Below are positions 31,965 to 41,964 of a DNA stretch of 64,000 nucleotides, one piece after another. Position 1 is the first letter of the stretch, and every line of letters starts with the position of its first letter. This DNA is from Rickettsiales bacterium (GTDB lineage: Bacteria > Pseudomonadota > Alphaproteobacteria > Rickettsiales > UBA1997). Location of the stretch: positions 196,472 through 260,471 of the forward strand of contig JAGNLL010000001.1 in NCBI GenBank assembly GCA_017999675.1. Direction: 5' to 3'. The position numbers were made by a program, and so were the translations under genes. The notes below the pieces were generated by a model. It saw only the letters and a program-made list of their open reading frames with translations, made no database searches and was not told the DNA's origin.

Positions 31965-33140
31965 TCAACTCGGTTTTCTTTCTGAAAATTCCTGCATGTT
32001 AAGTTTTACCACCTCTTCTAATGAGTTGGTTTTAGCATAAACCTCGCGCTGACGAGAGCTGCTATTTCCCTTCTCAATAATTTTTCGCAAGGTTTTGGTA
32101 TAATTTTGATATCCAAGTTTTTCTTCGTAAGGAGCCAGCTTTTCAAGCCATTCTAAAATGTCGCTACTTATTGGCCTAGTTTCACCATCAAGATTAATTA
32201 CCAGCTCGGCATCTAAACCGCGCCTAATAGCACGCCATTTATTTTCGCGCGCAAACCATATTGGAGAGGTTGGAACTCGCTCTAACCAAGCCCCGTTATC
32301 ATTAAACCAATTTGCCAAAAGGTGAATAAAGGCAACAACACCCAAAACTTCATCAAGAGTTGCAAGCCCATCGCAAACGCGAATTTCAAGCGTTCCAAAA
32401 GATGGACTAGGGCGAATATCCCACCACAAATCTTTTAACGAGTTGATTGATTTACATTTTTTGAGAGTCTCACACAACTTTTCAAACTCGCTCCAATTCT
32501 TAACTTGATAAGGGTGGCCAGCTGTTGGCAAAGATTCGTAAGTTGTAGGGCGACATGATGCCAAACCAGTATCGTCACCCTGCCAGAATGGAGAGCTTGC
32601 CGACAAAGCCAACAAGTGCGGAATAAAATTTAAGAAAAAATTATTAAAACGAATTGCGTCGTCGCCACTTTTCATCCCCAAGTGAACATGCATTCCGTAA
32701 ACGGTCATGCGCCTTGTTAACCATTGATTGCGGTCGATAAGTTCGTTGTAGCGCTTTGAGGGCGTAATGACGCAATCTGAATAGCGCGAAGATGGATGGC
32801 ATCCGGTTGTTGCCAAACCTATGTCCATTGAATTGGCAATTTGACTGATTTGCTCAAAAGATTCTGACAAATCTTTTTCAACATCTTGAACGTTGTTGCA
32901 TTTGTCGGTATTGATCTCAACCGTGCTTAAATAAAATTCTTGTTTGATTTTTTTTGTTAATGGCGCCGCTTTTTTTAAAAGCTCTTCAGCCCTTGGAGAA
33001 AGATTTAATGTATCTAGATTGATTAGCTGCAGCTCTACTTCTACGCCCAAAGTTAGAATTCCATTTGAGCAAAAATTTGTCTCTTTACGGTTAGTAAGAT
33101 TTTGTAAAAAACTTAGAGAAGATAATAATTTTTCTTTCAC
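31965..33140 (-). CDS. Carboxylate-amine ligase, glutamate--cysteine ligase family 2 (YbdK-like)
   Basis: 391 aa. Motifs: LGVEVELQL, YGMHVHLG, SASSPFW.G, WWDIRP....GTLEIRVCD. Confidence 0.85.
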   Translation of the reverse strand: MKEKLLSSLSFLQNLTNRKETNFCSNGILTLGVEVELQLINLDTLNLSPRAEELLKKAAPLTKKIKQEFYLSTVEINTDKCNNVQDVEKDLSESFEQISQIANSMDIGLATTGCHPSSRYSDCVITPSKRYNELIDRNQWLTRRMTVYGMHVHLGMKSGDDAIRFNNFFLNFIPHLLALSASSPFWQGDDTGLASCRPTTYESLPTAGHPYQVKNWSEFEKLCETLKKCKSINSLKDLWWDIRPSPSFGTLEIRVCDGLATLDEVLGVVAFIHLLANWFNDNGAWLERVPTSPIWFARENKWRAIRRGLDAELVINLDGETRPISSDILEWLEKLAPYEEKLGYQNYTKTLRKIIEKGNSSSRQREVYAKTNSLEEVVKLNMQEFSERKPS

Positions 33141-33348
33141 CAGAAACCTCCTTATATTTTTTCAAATGTTGGTCGCCTCACAACTTTGTCTTTAATGATT
33201 TTTTTATTTTAACAGGGCTTGCAACTCTTCAACAACCTTAGCCAATAGACAAGAATTAATTCTTTTTGCAGCCTTAAAGGCGGTTGATAATTGCAGCTTC
33301 GCGACTAGAAATTTGGCACTTCCCCTAAAAAAATAAGAACTAATTTTA

Positions 33349-33768
33349 ATGATCACTTGCACTAGACGCATCGAATTTGACGCAGCTCACCGAATTATAA
33401 ATCACGAAAGCAAATGCAAAATGCTGCACGGTCACCGCTACGCTTTGGAGGCTAGTTTTGCGACAAAAAAGTTAGATAAATTAGGCCGAGTGATTGATTT
33501 TGGTGTAGTGCGCGAAGTGCTTGGGGCTTGGATTGACAGCAATTTAGATCACAACACGATTCTGTGTATTAAAGACAAAAAACTGGGCGAGAGCATTGCT
33601 TCGCAAACCGGCCAAAAAATTTACTACATCAAAGAAAACCCAACTGCCGAAAATATCGCACAGCATATTTTTGCTGAAATTTGCCCGAAACTTTTTGCCA
33701 AGAAAAACGTGAAATGCGTTGGCATTAAGCTTTACGAAACCCCTAATTGCTACACCAATGTCGAATAG
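33349..33768 (+). CDS. queD: 6-carboxy-5,6,7,8-tetrahydropterin synthase
   Basis: 139 aa. FDAAHRI......C..LHGH.Y and DHN motifs of the PTPS/QueD family. Confidence 0.85.
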   Translation: MITCTRRIEFDAAHRIINHESKCKMLHGHRYALEASFATKKLDKLGRVIDFGVVREVLGAWIDSNLDHNTILCIKDKKLGESIASQTGQKIYYIKENPTAENIAQHIFAEICPKLFAKKNVKCVGIKLYETPNCYTNVE

Positions 33769-34192
33769 TTTTTCTGCTCAATATCGCATCTATTACGAAG
33801 ACACTGACGCTGGTGGCATCGTTTATTACGCTAATTATTTAAAATTTTTCGAACGCGCCCGCACCGATTTTTTGCGCAGCTTAAATATTGTGCAGTCTGA
33901 ATTGATGGCGAAGGAAAATTTGGTTTTTGTGGTGAGAAAATGCGAGGTTGATTATCTTACTCCCGCAAGGATGGATGACCTTGTTGAGGTTTCGGTGGCA
34001 GTGACAAAAATTAATCCGGCGTCGATTACGATGTTTCAAGAGATGAAAAAATCTGATAAAGTTTTGTCGCGTTTAACTGTGCAAATTGCTTGTGTTTGCG
34101 CAAATGGAATTAGACCAGAGAGAATTCCAAATGAACTTGTACAACTGCTCACGATGGACCCCGTCGTTCGACGGGGTGACACCTCACTTTAG
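33758..34192 (+). CDS. ybgC: YbgC-type acyl-CoA thioesterase (4HBT hotdog)
   Basis: From ATG 33758: MSNSFSAQYRIYYEDTDAGGIVYYANYLKFFERAR. The last ~12 codons (MDPVVRRGDTSL) and the stop are supplied by repeat family F. Confidence 0.85.
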   Translation: MSNSFSAQYRIYYEDTDAGGIVYYANYLKFFERARTDFLRSLNIVQSELMAKENLVFVVRKCEVDYLTPARMDDLVEVSVAVTKINPASITMFQEMKKSDKVLSRLTVQIACVCANGIRPERIPNELVQLLTMDPVVRRGDTSL

Positions 34193-34220
34193 TTTGTCAC
34201 CCCGTCGAACGACGGGGTCC
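34156..34220. repeat. Palindromic repeat family F (65 nt, double hairpin)
   Basis: GGACCCCGTCGTTCGACGGGGTGAC, a 15-nt spacer, then GTCACCCCGTCGAACGACGGGGTCC. Each arm is itself a hairpin (CCCCGTCG/CGACGGGG). Confidence 0.85.
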
Positions 34221-34255
34221 AGACTGACTCGTCACATAAACAAAAATTACAAAAA

Positions 34256-35614
34256 ATGTTCGACACTTTCTCCAGCAAAATCACCAAAATTTTCGACACC
34301 ATTTCGGGCAAAAAATTTGTCTCAGAAGACGACCTTGCCGCAACAATGCGCGAGATCAGAATTGCACTTTTAGAAGCCGATGTTTCGCTGCCAATTGCCA
34401 AAGAATTTATTGAAAAAGTAAAGGCCGAAGCCTTGGGGCAGCAAGTTGTAAAAAGCGTGTCGCCGGGGCAGATGATTGTAAAAATCGTCCACGACGAATT
34501 GGTGAAATTGCTGGGTGGAGAAAAAGCCGAAATTAATTTTAACGTAAAACCTCCTGTCATTATTTTAATGGTGGGCTTGCAGGGTGCCGGTAAAACCACA
34601 ACTTCGGGAAAGTTGGCGCTGCGTTTTAAAAATAAAAATCACAAAAAAACTTTAGTCGCTTCACTCGACACTTACAGACCAGCAGCTGCCGAACAATTAA
34701 AAATTCTCGCCCAAAGAGTTGGTGTTGAATGTGACGAATTTGACGCGGCGCAAAAACCATTATTTCTCGCCAAAAAAGCCAAACAAAAAGCCATTGAAGG
34801 CGGCTTTGAGGTTTTGATTTTAGACACCGCAGGCCGCACACACATCAATGACGAAATGATGCGCGAATTGGTAGAAATTCAAAACGCCGTTGAGCCTACA
34901 GAAATCTTGCTGGTGGTTGATGCCATGATCGGCCAAGACGCAGTGAATGTTGCAAAAAACTTTAACGAAAAACTGCAATTAACCGGCACAATTTTAACAC
35001 GTTTAGACGGCGATTCACGCGGTGGTGCGGCGCTTACAATGAAGGCGGCAACCAACTGCCCGATTAAATTTATTGGCGTTGGTGAAAAGTCTGACGAACT
35101 TGATGAGTTTAACCCACAGCGTATCGCCTCGCGCATTATCGGCATGGGCGACGTGGTGTCTTTGGTAGAAAAAGCACAGGAAGTTTTTGACGCTGGCGAA
35201 ATGGAAAAAGCGGCAAAAAAAATGCAGAAAGGCAAATTTGATTTTGACGATTTGCTAACTCAAATTCGCGGCATGAAGAAGATGGGTGGCCTTGGAAACA
35301 TTCTAAATCTCTTGCCCGGCGCTGGAAAATTAAAAGAACATCTAGGCCAACTTGGCGGCATGGAGAAAGATATAAAGTTGCAAGAAGCGCTGATTTTATC
35401 GATGACAAAGAAGGAAAGGCAAAATCCTGACATCCTCAATTCATCCCGCAAAAACCGCATTGCCAGTGGCGCTGGCAGCACAATTCAAGAGGTGAATCGT
35501 CTGTTAAAAAAATATAAACAAATGCAGAAAATGATGGGGAAGTTTGGCAAAATGGATCCGAAGAAAATGCAGGAGATGATGGATTCAAGCGAGATGAAAA
35601 ATTTTAAACTTTAG
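34256..35614 (+). CDS. ffh: Signal recognition particle protein
   Basis: 452 aa. N domain, G domain (GLQGAGKTTT, DTAGR, TRLDGD) and a Met-rich M domain. Confidence 0.95.
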   Translation: MFDTFSSKITKIFDTISGKKFVSEDDLAATMREIRIALLEADVSLPIAKEFIEKVKAEALGQQVVKSVSPGQMIVKIVHDELVKLLGGEKAEINFNVKPPVIILMVGLQGAGKTTTSGKLALRFKNKNHKKTLVASLDTYRPAAAEQLKILAQRVGVECDEFDAAQKPLFLAKKAKQKAIEGGFEVLILDTAGRTHINDEMMRELVEIQNAVEPTEILLVVDAMIGQDAVNVAKNFNEKLQLTGTILTRLDGDSRGGAALTMKAATNCPIKFIGVGEKSDELDEFNPQRIASRIIGMGDVVSLVEKAQEVFDAGEMEKAAKKMQKGKFDFDDLLTQIRGMKKMGGLGNILNLLPGAGKLKEHLGQLGGMEKDIKLQEALILSMTKKERQNPDILNSSRKNRIASGAGSTIQEVNRLLKKYKQMQKMMGKFGKMDPKKMQEMMDSSEMKNFKL

Positions 35615-35619
35615 CCAAA

Positions 35620-36069
35620 ATGCCATCTCTTACACAAAACAAAACTCTGCCTTACTCTGCCCAACAAATGCAGTCGCTGGTGATGGATATTGAAAAATAT
35701 CCCGAATTTTTACCTTGGTGTAAGCAGGCAAAAATTGTTGAGAGAATTTCGGATGATAATTTACGCGCCGATTTGCTGATTAATTTTAAAAATTTTTTCG
35801 AGAAATATCGATCCGACGTAAAACACGGCCGAGGCCCAAATGGCAGCCATTTTATTGACGTTGTAGCAATTGAAGGACCGTTTAAAAAACTAGTAAATCA
35901 GTGGAAATTTCGCGATTTAGAAGATGGCAACTGCGAAGTAGAATTTTTTATTGAGTTTGAATTTAGCTCAATTTTTTTGACAAAAATGCTGGGGATGATT
36001 TTTGAGAAGGCGACGGAAAAGATGATGGCGGCTTTTGAGGAAAGGGCGCAAGAGATGTTTAAAAAATAA
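35620..36069 (+). CDS. ratA: SRPBCC/START-fold protein, RatA / COQ10-like
   Basis: 149 aa. The V.D...YPEFLPWC pattern and overall length are typical of RatA/Coq10 homologues. Confidence 0.75.
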   Translation: MPSLTQNKTLPYSAQQMQSLVMDIEKYPEFLPWCKQAKIVERISDDNLRADLLINFKNFFEKYRSDVKHGRGPNGSHFIDVVAIEGPFKKLVNQWKFRDLEDGNCEVEFFIEFEFSSIFLTKMLGMIFEKATEKMMAAFEERAQEMFKK

Positions 36070-36085
36070 TTAACAAATACCTAAC

Positions 36086-37048
36086 ATGAAAATCTTCGCA
36101 AACCTAGCAGATTACCTGATTTACAACCTTCTTGGCGTTGATCCACAAACTCACTTGGGCGAGGCTTTACATTTTTTCGTTGAAGATGTTGCTAAGATTT
36201 TTTTTCTGCTGGCGGCAATGTCTTTTGTGGTTTCGTTTTTTCGCTCAAAGCTCAATCCCGAGAAAGTTCGCTCTTACCTTGAAGGCAAGCCAAAATGGCT
36301 GTCATATTTTTTGGCCGTGCTGCTTGGCGCAATAACGCCATTTTGTTCATGCTCGTCAATTCCACTTTTTATTGGCTTTATTGAGGCTGGCATTCCCTTT
36401 GGCGTGACCATGGCGTTTCTCATTACCTCGCCAATGATTAATGAAATTGCGATTGTAATTTTTGCCTCGGCCGTTGGCGCTAAACTGGCTTTTGTTTATG
36501 TTCTAACCGGCATGACCATTGGCTTTTTGGGCGGCTTATTTATGGAAAAAATGGGCTTAGAAAAATATGTCGAAAAATATGTTTACGACATCCGTATGGG
36601 CAAAGGCAAAATCAAAGAAGTGCTGATTTCTAGCTTTAAACAACGCCTCAAATATGCCTTTGATTACACCTTAGAAATTATTCAAAAAGTTTGGATTTAT
36701 ATTTTGGTTGGCATTGGCATTGGTGCGTTTTTGCACGGCTACGTTCCGCAAGAATTTTTCGCAAAATACACTGGCCCTGATAATTTTTTTGCCGTGCCTT
36801 TGGCGGTGTTGATCGGCATTCCGCTTTATTCCAACGCAACTGGCGTAATTCCAATTGCCGAAGCCTTACTTGGCAAAGGCGTGCCAATTGGAACCGTGCT
36901 AGCCATGATGATGAGCGTGGTGGCAATTTCGCTGCCAGAATTGATTATTTTGCGCAAAGTTTTGCAGGTTAGATTGCTGTTTTATTTTACCGGATTTTTG
37001 TTTGTTGCCTTTGTCGCTGTTGGCTATCTCTACAACTTCATTTTCTAA
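36086..37048 (+). CDS. Predicted permease of the ArsP/DUF318 type
   Basis: 320 aa polytopic protein with a CSCSSIPLF motif and an internal repeat. Genes of this family commonly precede a small thioredoxin-like gene. Confidence 0.7.
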   Translation: MKIFANLADYLIYNLLGVDPQTHLGEALHFFVEDVAKIFFLLAAMSFVVSFFRSKLNPEKVRSYLEGKPKWLSYFLAVLLGAITPFCSCSSIPLFIGFIEAGIPFGVTMAFLITSPMINEIAIVIFASAVGAKLAFVYVLTGMTIGFLGGLFMEKMGLEKYVEKYVYDIRMGKGKIKEVLISSFKQRLKYAFDYTLEIIQKVWIYILVGIGIGAFLHGYVPQEFFAKYTGPDNFFAVPLAVLIGIPLYSNATGVIPIAEALLGKGVPIGTVLAMMMSVVAISLPELIILRKVLQVRLLFYFTGFLFVAFVAVGYLYNFIF

Positions 37049-37054
37049 AATTTT

Positions 37055-37291
37055 ATGAAACTAATCAAAGTTTTGGGCTCAGAAAAATGCTCAACTTGCA
37101 CCAAACTAAAAGACAAAATCGCCGCCATGATTGAGGCGCAAAAACTTGACGCCAGCGTCGAAAAAATAACCGACATTGCCCAAGTTATGACCTATGGAGT
37201 GATGTCGTCTCCGGCCGTGGTTATTGACGAAGAGGTTGTTTGTTTTGGAAGAGTTCCCTCCGACGAAGAATTAGAAAATTGGCTAAATTAA
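37055..37291 (+). CDS. Thioredoxin-fold protein (redox-active disulfide protein 2 type)
   Basis: 78 aa. IKVLGSEKCSTCTKL (CxxC) and the C-terminus SSPAVVIDEEVV.FGRVPS.EEL..WL. Confidence 0.7.
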   Translation: MKLIKVLGSEKCSTCTKLKDKIAAMIEAQKLDASVEKITDIAQVMTYGVMSSPAVVIDEEVVCFGRVPSDEELENWLN

Positions 37292-37304
37292 CTCACGAAA
37301 AAAA

Positions 37305-38308
37305 ATGGGAATTTTTGAAAAATATCTAAGCCTTTGGGTTGCCTTATCAATTGCCGCAGGCGTTGTTCTGGGCAGGTTTTTTCCTTCATTTTTTGAAGTT
37401 TTAAGTCAGCTAGAATATGCCAATGTAAATTTTGTAATCGCTGTTTTGGTTTGGGTGATGATTTATCCGATGATGGTGGGAATTGATTTTTCAAACATCC
37501 GCGAGGTGACCAAAAAACCCAAAGCTTTTGGCATAAGTTTTGTGGTCACTTGGCTGGTGATGCCTTTTAGCATGGCCGCTTTGGGGGCGCTGTTTTTGCA
37601 ATATGTTTTTAGAGATTTTGTTCCCGCACTTGACGCCAAAGAATATCTCGCCGGCCTCATTTTGCTTGGTGGCGCACCCTGCACTGCGATGGTTTTTGTG
37701 TGGAGCAAATTGGTTAAAGGAAACGCCAATTACACTCTGGTTCAAGTTTCGCTAAACGACGTGATTATGATTTTTGCTTGCGCGCCCATCGTGGCTTTTT
37801 TGCTTGGCGTGGCAAAAATTGAAGTGCCGTGGAACGCGCTAATTTTGTCGGTGCTGCTTTATGTTTTGATCCCAATGTTTGGCGGATATTTCACTCGCAA
37901 AAAATTATCACCAAAAAAACTCGAATCTTTTTTAAAACACCTCAAGCCTTACTCGGTGTGCGGTTTGCTTGCGACAGTAATTTTGTTATTTGGATTTCAG
38001 GCCAATATTTTGCTCAAAAATCCTGCACCAATTTTGATGGTTGCCACGCCAATAATCTTGCAAAGTTTTTTGATGTTTGGGCTAGCTTATTTTTGTATGT
38101 ATAAAGCCAAAATCCCCCACAACATCGCCGCTCCCGCCGCAATGATTAGCTCTTCTAATTTTTTGAATTGGCGGTTGCGGTGGCAATTGGTCTATTTGGC
38201 CTAAATTCAGGTGCGGCTTTTGCAACTGCGGTTGGCTTGCTGGTTGAAGTTCCGGTGATGCTTTTGCTGGTTAATATTGCCAATAAAACTGCCAAAAAAT
38301 TTAAATAA
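37305..38308 (+). pseudogene. acr3: Arsenite efflux carrier Acr3, interrupted by a -1 frameshift in a T6 run (38159-38164)
   Basis: The first frame (37305..38204) gives an Acr3-like sequence up to ...[12 protein letters not shown], then a nonsense tail. Shifting frame after the T run gives (F)[47 protein letters not shown], ending at the stop 38306-38308. This matches the conserved Acr3 C-terminus (SNNFELAIAVA..FG.NSGAA.A.V.G.LVEVPVM). Confidence 0.8.
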
Positions 38309-38324
38309 AAAAAGGAAGTTTTAG

Positions 38325-39803
38325 GTGTTATTAAAATTAAAAAATGAGTGGTTTGGCAATATTCGTGGCGATTTATTGTCGGGCATGGTGGTGGCACTCG
38401 CACTGATTCCCGAAGCAATTGCCTTTTCAATTATTGCTGGCGTTGATCCAAAAATTGGTCTTTACGCTTCATTTTCAATTGCAGTGGTAATTGCTTTTGT
38501 TGGTGGGCGCCCCGGCATGATTTCGGCGGCAACTGGTGCCATGGCTTTGTTGATGGTGACATTGGTTAAAGATCACGGTTTGCAATATCTTTTAGCAGCA
38601 ACAATTTTGACTGGAATTTTGCAAATTTTTGCCGGCTTTTTGCGTCTTGGTTCACTGCTACGTTTTGTTTCTAAATCGGTCATGACTGGCTTTGTCAACG
38701 CTTTGGCCATTTTAATTTTTATGGCGCAATTGCCCGAATTTCACGGCGCCACTTGGCAAATGTATGCTTTTGTGGCGGCTGGTTTGGCGATTATTTATCT
38801 TTTTCCCTACGTCACAAAATCGGTGCCCTCACCTTTGGTTGCAATTGTGGCACTAACCGCTTTTGCAATTTTTGCAGGAATTGATTTACGTACCGTTGGC
38901 GACTTGGGGCAGCTTCCCGACACTTTGCCGATGTTTTTGTTTCCCGATATTGCACTTAATTTTGAAACTCTGGCAATAATTTTTCCTTATTCGGCAGGGC
39001 TTGCCGCTGTTGGCTTGCTAGAATCGCTAATGACCGCATCAATTGTTGATGATTTAACCGACACACCAAGCGCAAAAAACCGCGAATGTGTTGGGCAAGG
39101 AATTGCTAATATTATCACCGGATTTTTTGGCGGCATGGCTGGATGCGCCATGATTGGGCAATCTGTAATCAATGTTAAATCTGGTGGTCGCGGCCGTTTA
39201 TCAACTTTTTTTGCCGGCTCATTTTTGCTGTTTTTAATTTTGGTTTTAGGCGACTGGGTAAGACAAATTCCAATGGCCGCACTAGTTGCGGTGATGATTA
39301 TGGTTTCGATTGGAACCTTTAGCTGGAGCTCGATTAAAAACCTTAAAACCCATCCAACAACTTCTAGCCTAGTGATGATTGCAACGGTGGTTGTGGTTGT
39401 TTTTACTCACAATTTGGCACTTGGTGTTTTTATTGGCGTGCTGATGAGCTCCCTGTTTTTTGCCAAAAAAGTTTCGCGTTTGTTGTTTTTAAAATCGCAA
39501 TTGTCTGACGATAAAAAGTGCCGCACTTACAAAATTTATGGGCAAATCTTTTTTGCTTCCGCCGAGAAATTTATAGCCGAATTCGATTTTAGAGAAGTTG
39601 TAGAGAAGGTTGAAATTGATTTGACTGACGCCCATTTCTGGGACTTATCTGGCGTGGGTGCTTTGGATAAAGTGGTGTTAAAATTTCGCAAAGAAGGGCG
39701 CCAAGTAGAGTTAATTGGGCTAAATGAAGCCAGTGCAACAATTGTAGAAAAGTTTGGCGTTTGTGACGATCCAAAAACGGTTGAGATTATGCTGAAGCAT
39801 TAG
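38325..39803 (+). CDS. SulP family anion transporter with C-terminal STAS domain
   Basis: 492 aa, GTG start preceded by AAGGAAG. Motifs: [24 protein letters not shown], and a STAS-like tail ([13 protein letters not shown]...DLSGVGALD). Confidence 0.88.
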   Translation: MLLKLKNEWFGNIRGDLLSGMVVALALIPEAIAFSIIAGVDPKIGLYASFSIAVVIAFVGGRPGMISAATGAMALLMVTLVKDHGLQYLLAATILTGILQIFAGFLRLGSLLRFVSKSVMTGFVNALAILIFMAQLPEFHGATWQMYAFVAAGLAIIYLFPYVTKSVPSPLVAIVALTAFAIFAGIDLRTVGDLGQLPDTLPMFLFPDIALNFETLAIIFPYSAGLAAVGLLESLMTASIVDDLTDTPSAKNRECVGQGIANIITGFFGGMAGCAMIGQSVINVKSGGRGRLSTFFAGSFLLFLILVLGDWVRQIPMAALVAVMIMVSIGTFSWSSIKNLKTHPTTSSLVMIATVVVVVFTHNLALGVFIGVLMSSLFFAKKVSRLLFLKSQLSDDKKCRTYKIYGQIFFASAEKFIAEFDFREVVEKVEIDLTDAHFWDLSGVGALDKVVLKFRKEGRQVELIGLNEASATIVEKFGVCDDPKTVEIMLKH

Positions 39804-39854
39804 AGAGCCTGAGATGGGCGGGGAGATGTTTGTGAAAAACTAAAATGGTGCTTT

Positions 39855-39983
39855 GCGAATAACCACCCCAAACCCTCCTTCAAAAGGAGGGGCTTACCAC
39901 CGAGATTGCTTTTAGCTATTCACTTTCAAGAAAATCGTAAGAAAGCCCCTCCTTTTGAAGGAGGGGTTGGGGTGGTTATTCGC
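39855..39983. repeat. Palindromic repeat family B, copy 2 (129 nt)
   Basis: The arms match 390..489 (one A/C difference in the left arm), with a longer, unrelated loop. It lies between convergent genes. Confidence 0.9.
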
Positions 39984-39999
39984 GAACTCGTACTTCCAC

Positions 40000-41964
40000 C
40001 TAAATCTTCATCGGCAAAATCACCATGTTCAAGCCCTTCACGTGCAACCTTCTTTGCATAATGTAAGGCACGTGGTTGTAGAGAATTTGCGTTAGGATAT
40101 TTTCATTATCGAAAATAAATTTTGTGCCAAAGAACACCGCGTTTGGATAATCTTTTGCCACGCGGTCTGTTAGTTGCGTTAGCTTTTCAACAATGTCAGT
40201 GCTGTAGCCCACGTAAGACTTGGCAAAGCGGCCATTAGCGTTGCAGTAGTTGCGATATTTGTGCAACGTATGTTTGGTTTTTTTGCGCATTTCGCGCCAT
40301 TTTCTTTCTTCGCGAAAAGTGTTTGAATCAACCTCGCCCACCGTGACAAAAATAAAATTTTTAAAAATTCCGGGAAAAAGTTTTTTTATTTCAAGTAAGC
40401 AATTCATGCCACTACCAAAAGTTTGATCAACAATGATTGCTGCAGTTGGCGCTGATTTGTCGGAGCCAATCATTACATCTGGACTTGGCGCAATGTCGTC
40501 ATAGCTGTAAAACTGCATTTCTTTTTGCATCAAACGCATTTTGAGCTGACGATATTTTGATTTTACCCACAAGCCAATCGACACAAACACCGAGGTGATC
40601 AAAATTGTCACCCAACCACCTTCATAAAATTTTTCAAAAACTGTCACGACCAAAATGCCAAAGCATAAAACAAAGCCAATAGCGGCGACGGTTAATTTTC
40701 TTTTCCAATCAGGTTTTCTTCTGCGGTTGCGCAACCAATAAATTACAAGACCCAGAAGCGACAAAGAGAAAGTGATGAATACGTTAATTGAATAAAGCAC
40801 CACCAACATGTGCACCGATCCACCAGTGATTAGCAAGGTTGCAATCGCTGCAATTGCCATGAAGAGAATGCCGTTTTTTACCACCAATCTGCTTGAAAGT
40901 GAGCTGAAAGATTTTGGCATCCACTCATCACTCGCCATGTTTGCCACCACATTTGGGCCGGCTAAAAATCCAGAATTTGCCGCAACAATTAAAAGACCCG
41001 CTTCAAGCATTAGCGTAATTGGCACAATAAAATTGCCCCACTCAATGCCGCCGTAAACCCACGTTTCTGTAATGATGTAGAAGGTTGTGGCGTTTAAAGT
41101 TTGCCCCTCAACTTTATTCACACCCCAAAGCAAGTAGAGCAAAATTATGCCCGCCGCCATGAAGGCAAGAGACATGGCAACTAAAAACATTGTCAGCTTT
41201 GCCGTGCGCACTCGCGGCTCAGAAAGTGTATTTACGTTGTTAGACACCGCTTCCAAACCGGTGTAGGTTCCACCCCCCATTGAGAAGGCTTTTAAGAAAA
41301 TTGAAAAAACAAAAATCCAACCAAAGGCGTCACTCATTTCTTTGGTTTCGGCAACAGCTTGCGGCACTAGTTTGGCTAGCCCGTAGTGGTGCGCCACGAT
41401 TCCATAAATTAGCAAAGTGAAGTGCGTAATGATGAAGCCGATAAAAATTGGGAATAAAAATTTGATCGATTCTTTCATGCCGCGCAAATTGAGCATTGCC
41501 AAAAATGCCACTAGAACTATCGCCAAAACCAATTTGGCGCCGTGATACTCTGTGGGCAAAAAACTAAAAATTGCGTCAATGCCCGCCGCAATTGAAATAG
41601 AAATTGTCAGCACGTAATCGATGATTAAAGCCGAGCCCGAAACAAGACCAGCATGCCTTCCAAGTAGTCGCGTCGCAACGCGGTAGCCACCACCACCATT
41701 TGGAAAAATTTCAATTACTTGCGTGTAGGCGTAAGAAATAATGAAAACGGTAAGCGCGGTGGCAATTGCCAAATAAATTGCCAATGAGGCGTGCGAGCCA
41801 AGTGCTAAAAATGCTTCTTCCGGACCGTAGCAAGAAGACGAAATTCCATCAGCACCAAGACCAACCCAAGCAAGAAAAGCCACGAGCGAAATGCTTTCGC
41901 GAGTTTTTTTGTCAAAGACGTCGTGAGGATTTCCGAAGAAAAAATTTCTTAATTTTACGAGCAT
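40000..41964 (-). CDS. APC-superfamily permease with a ~200-aa C-terminal cytoplasmic domain
   Basis: 654 aa. About 12 TM segments with amino-acid-permease-like N-terminal motifs (GADGISSSCYGPEE, GGGGYRV), then a soluble tail. Confidence 0.7.
   Translation of the reverse strand: MLVKLRNFFFGNPHDVFDKKTRESISLVAFLAWVGLGADGISSSCYGPEEAFLALGSHASLAIYLAIATALTVFIISYAYTQVIEIFPNGGGGYRVATRLLGRHAGLVSGSALIIDYVLTISISIAAGIDAIFSFLPTEYHGAKLVLAIVLVAFLAMLNLRGMKESIKFLFPIFIGFIITHFTLLIYGIVAHHYGLAKLVPQAVAETKEMSDAFGWIFVFSIFLKAFSMGGGTYTGLEAVSNNVNTLSEPRVRTAKLTMFLVAMSLAFMAAGIILLYLLWGVNKVEGQTLNATTFYIITETWVYGGIEWGNFIVPITLMLEAGLLIVAANSGFLAGPNVVANMASDEWMPKSFSSLSSRLVVKNGILFMAIAAIATLLITGGSVHMLVVLYSINVFITFSLSLLGLVIYWLRNRRRKPDWKRKLTVAAIGFVLCFGILVVTVFEKFYEGGWVTILITSVFVSIGLWVKSKYRQLKMRLMQKEMQFYSYDDIAPSPDVMIGSDKSAPTAAIIVDQTFGSGMNCLLEIKKLFPGIFKNFIFVTVGEVDSNTFREERKWREMRKKTKHTLHKYRNYCNANGRFAKSYVGYSTDIVEKLTQLTDRVAKDYPNAVFFGTKFIFDNENILTQILYNHVPYIMQRRLHVKGLNMVILPMKI

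Noticed and set aside
33290-33348. preQ1 riboswitch upstream of queD (CCCCTAAAAAAATAAGAAC resembles the CCC-UAUAAAAAACUAA tail of preQ1-I)
   Set aside because: No complementary 5' strand (RGGGG) is present to form the P1 hairpin, and the distance to the start codon is atypical. The resemblance rests on an A-rich tract only.
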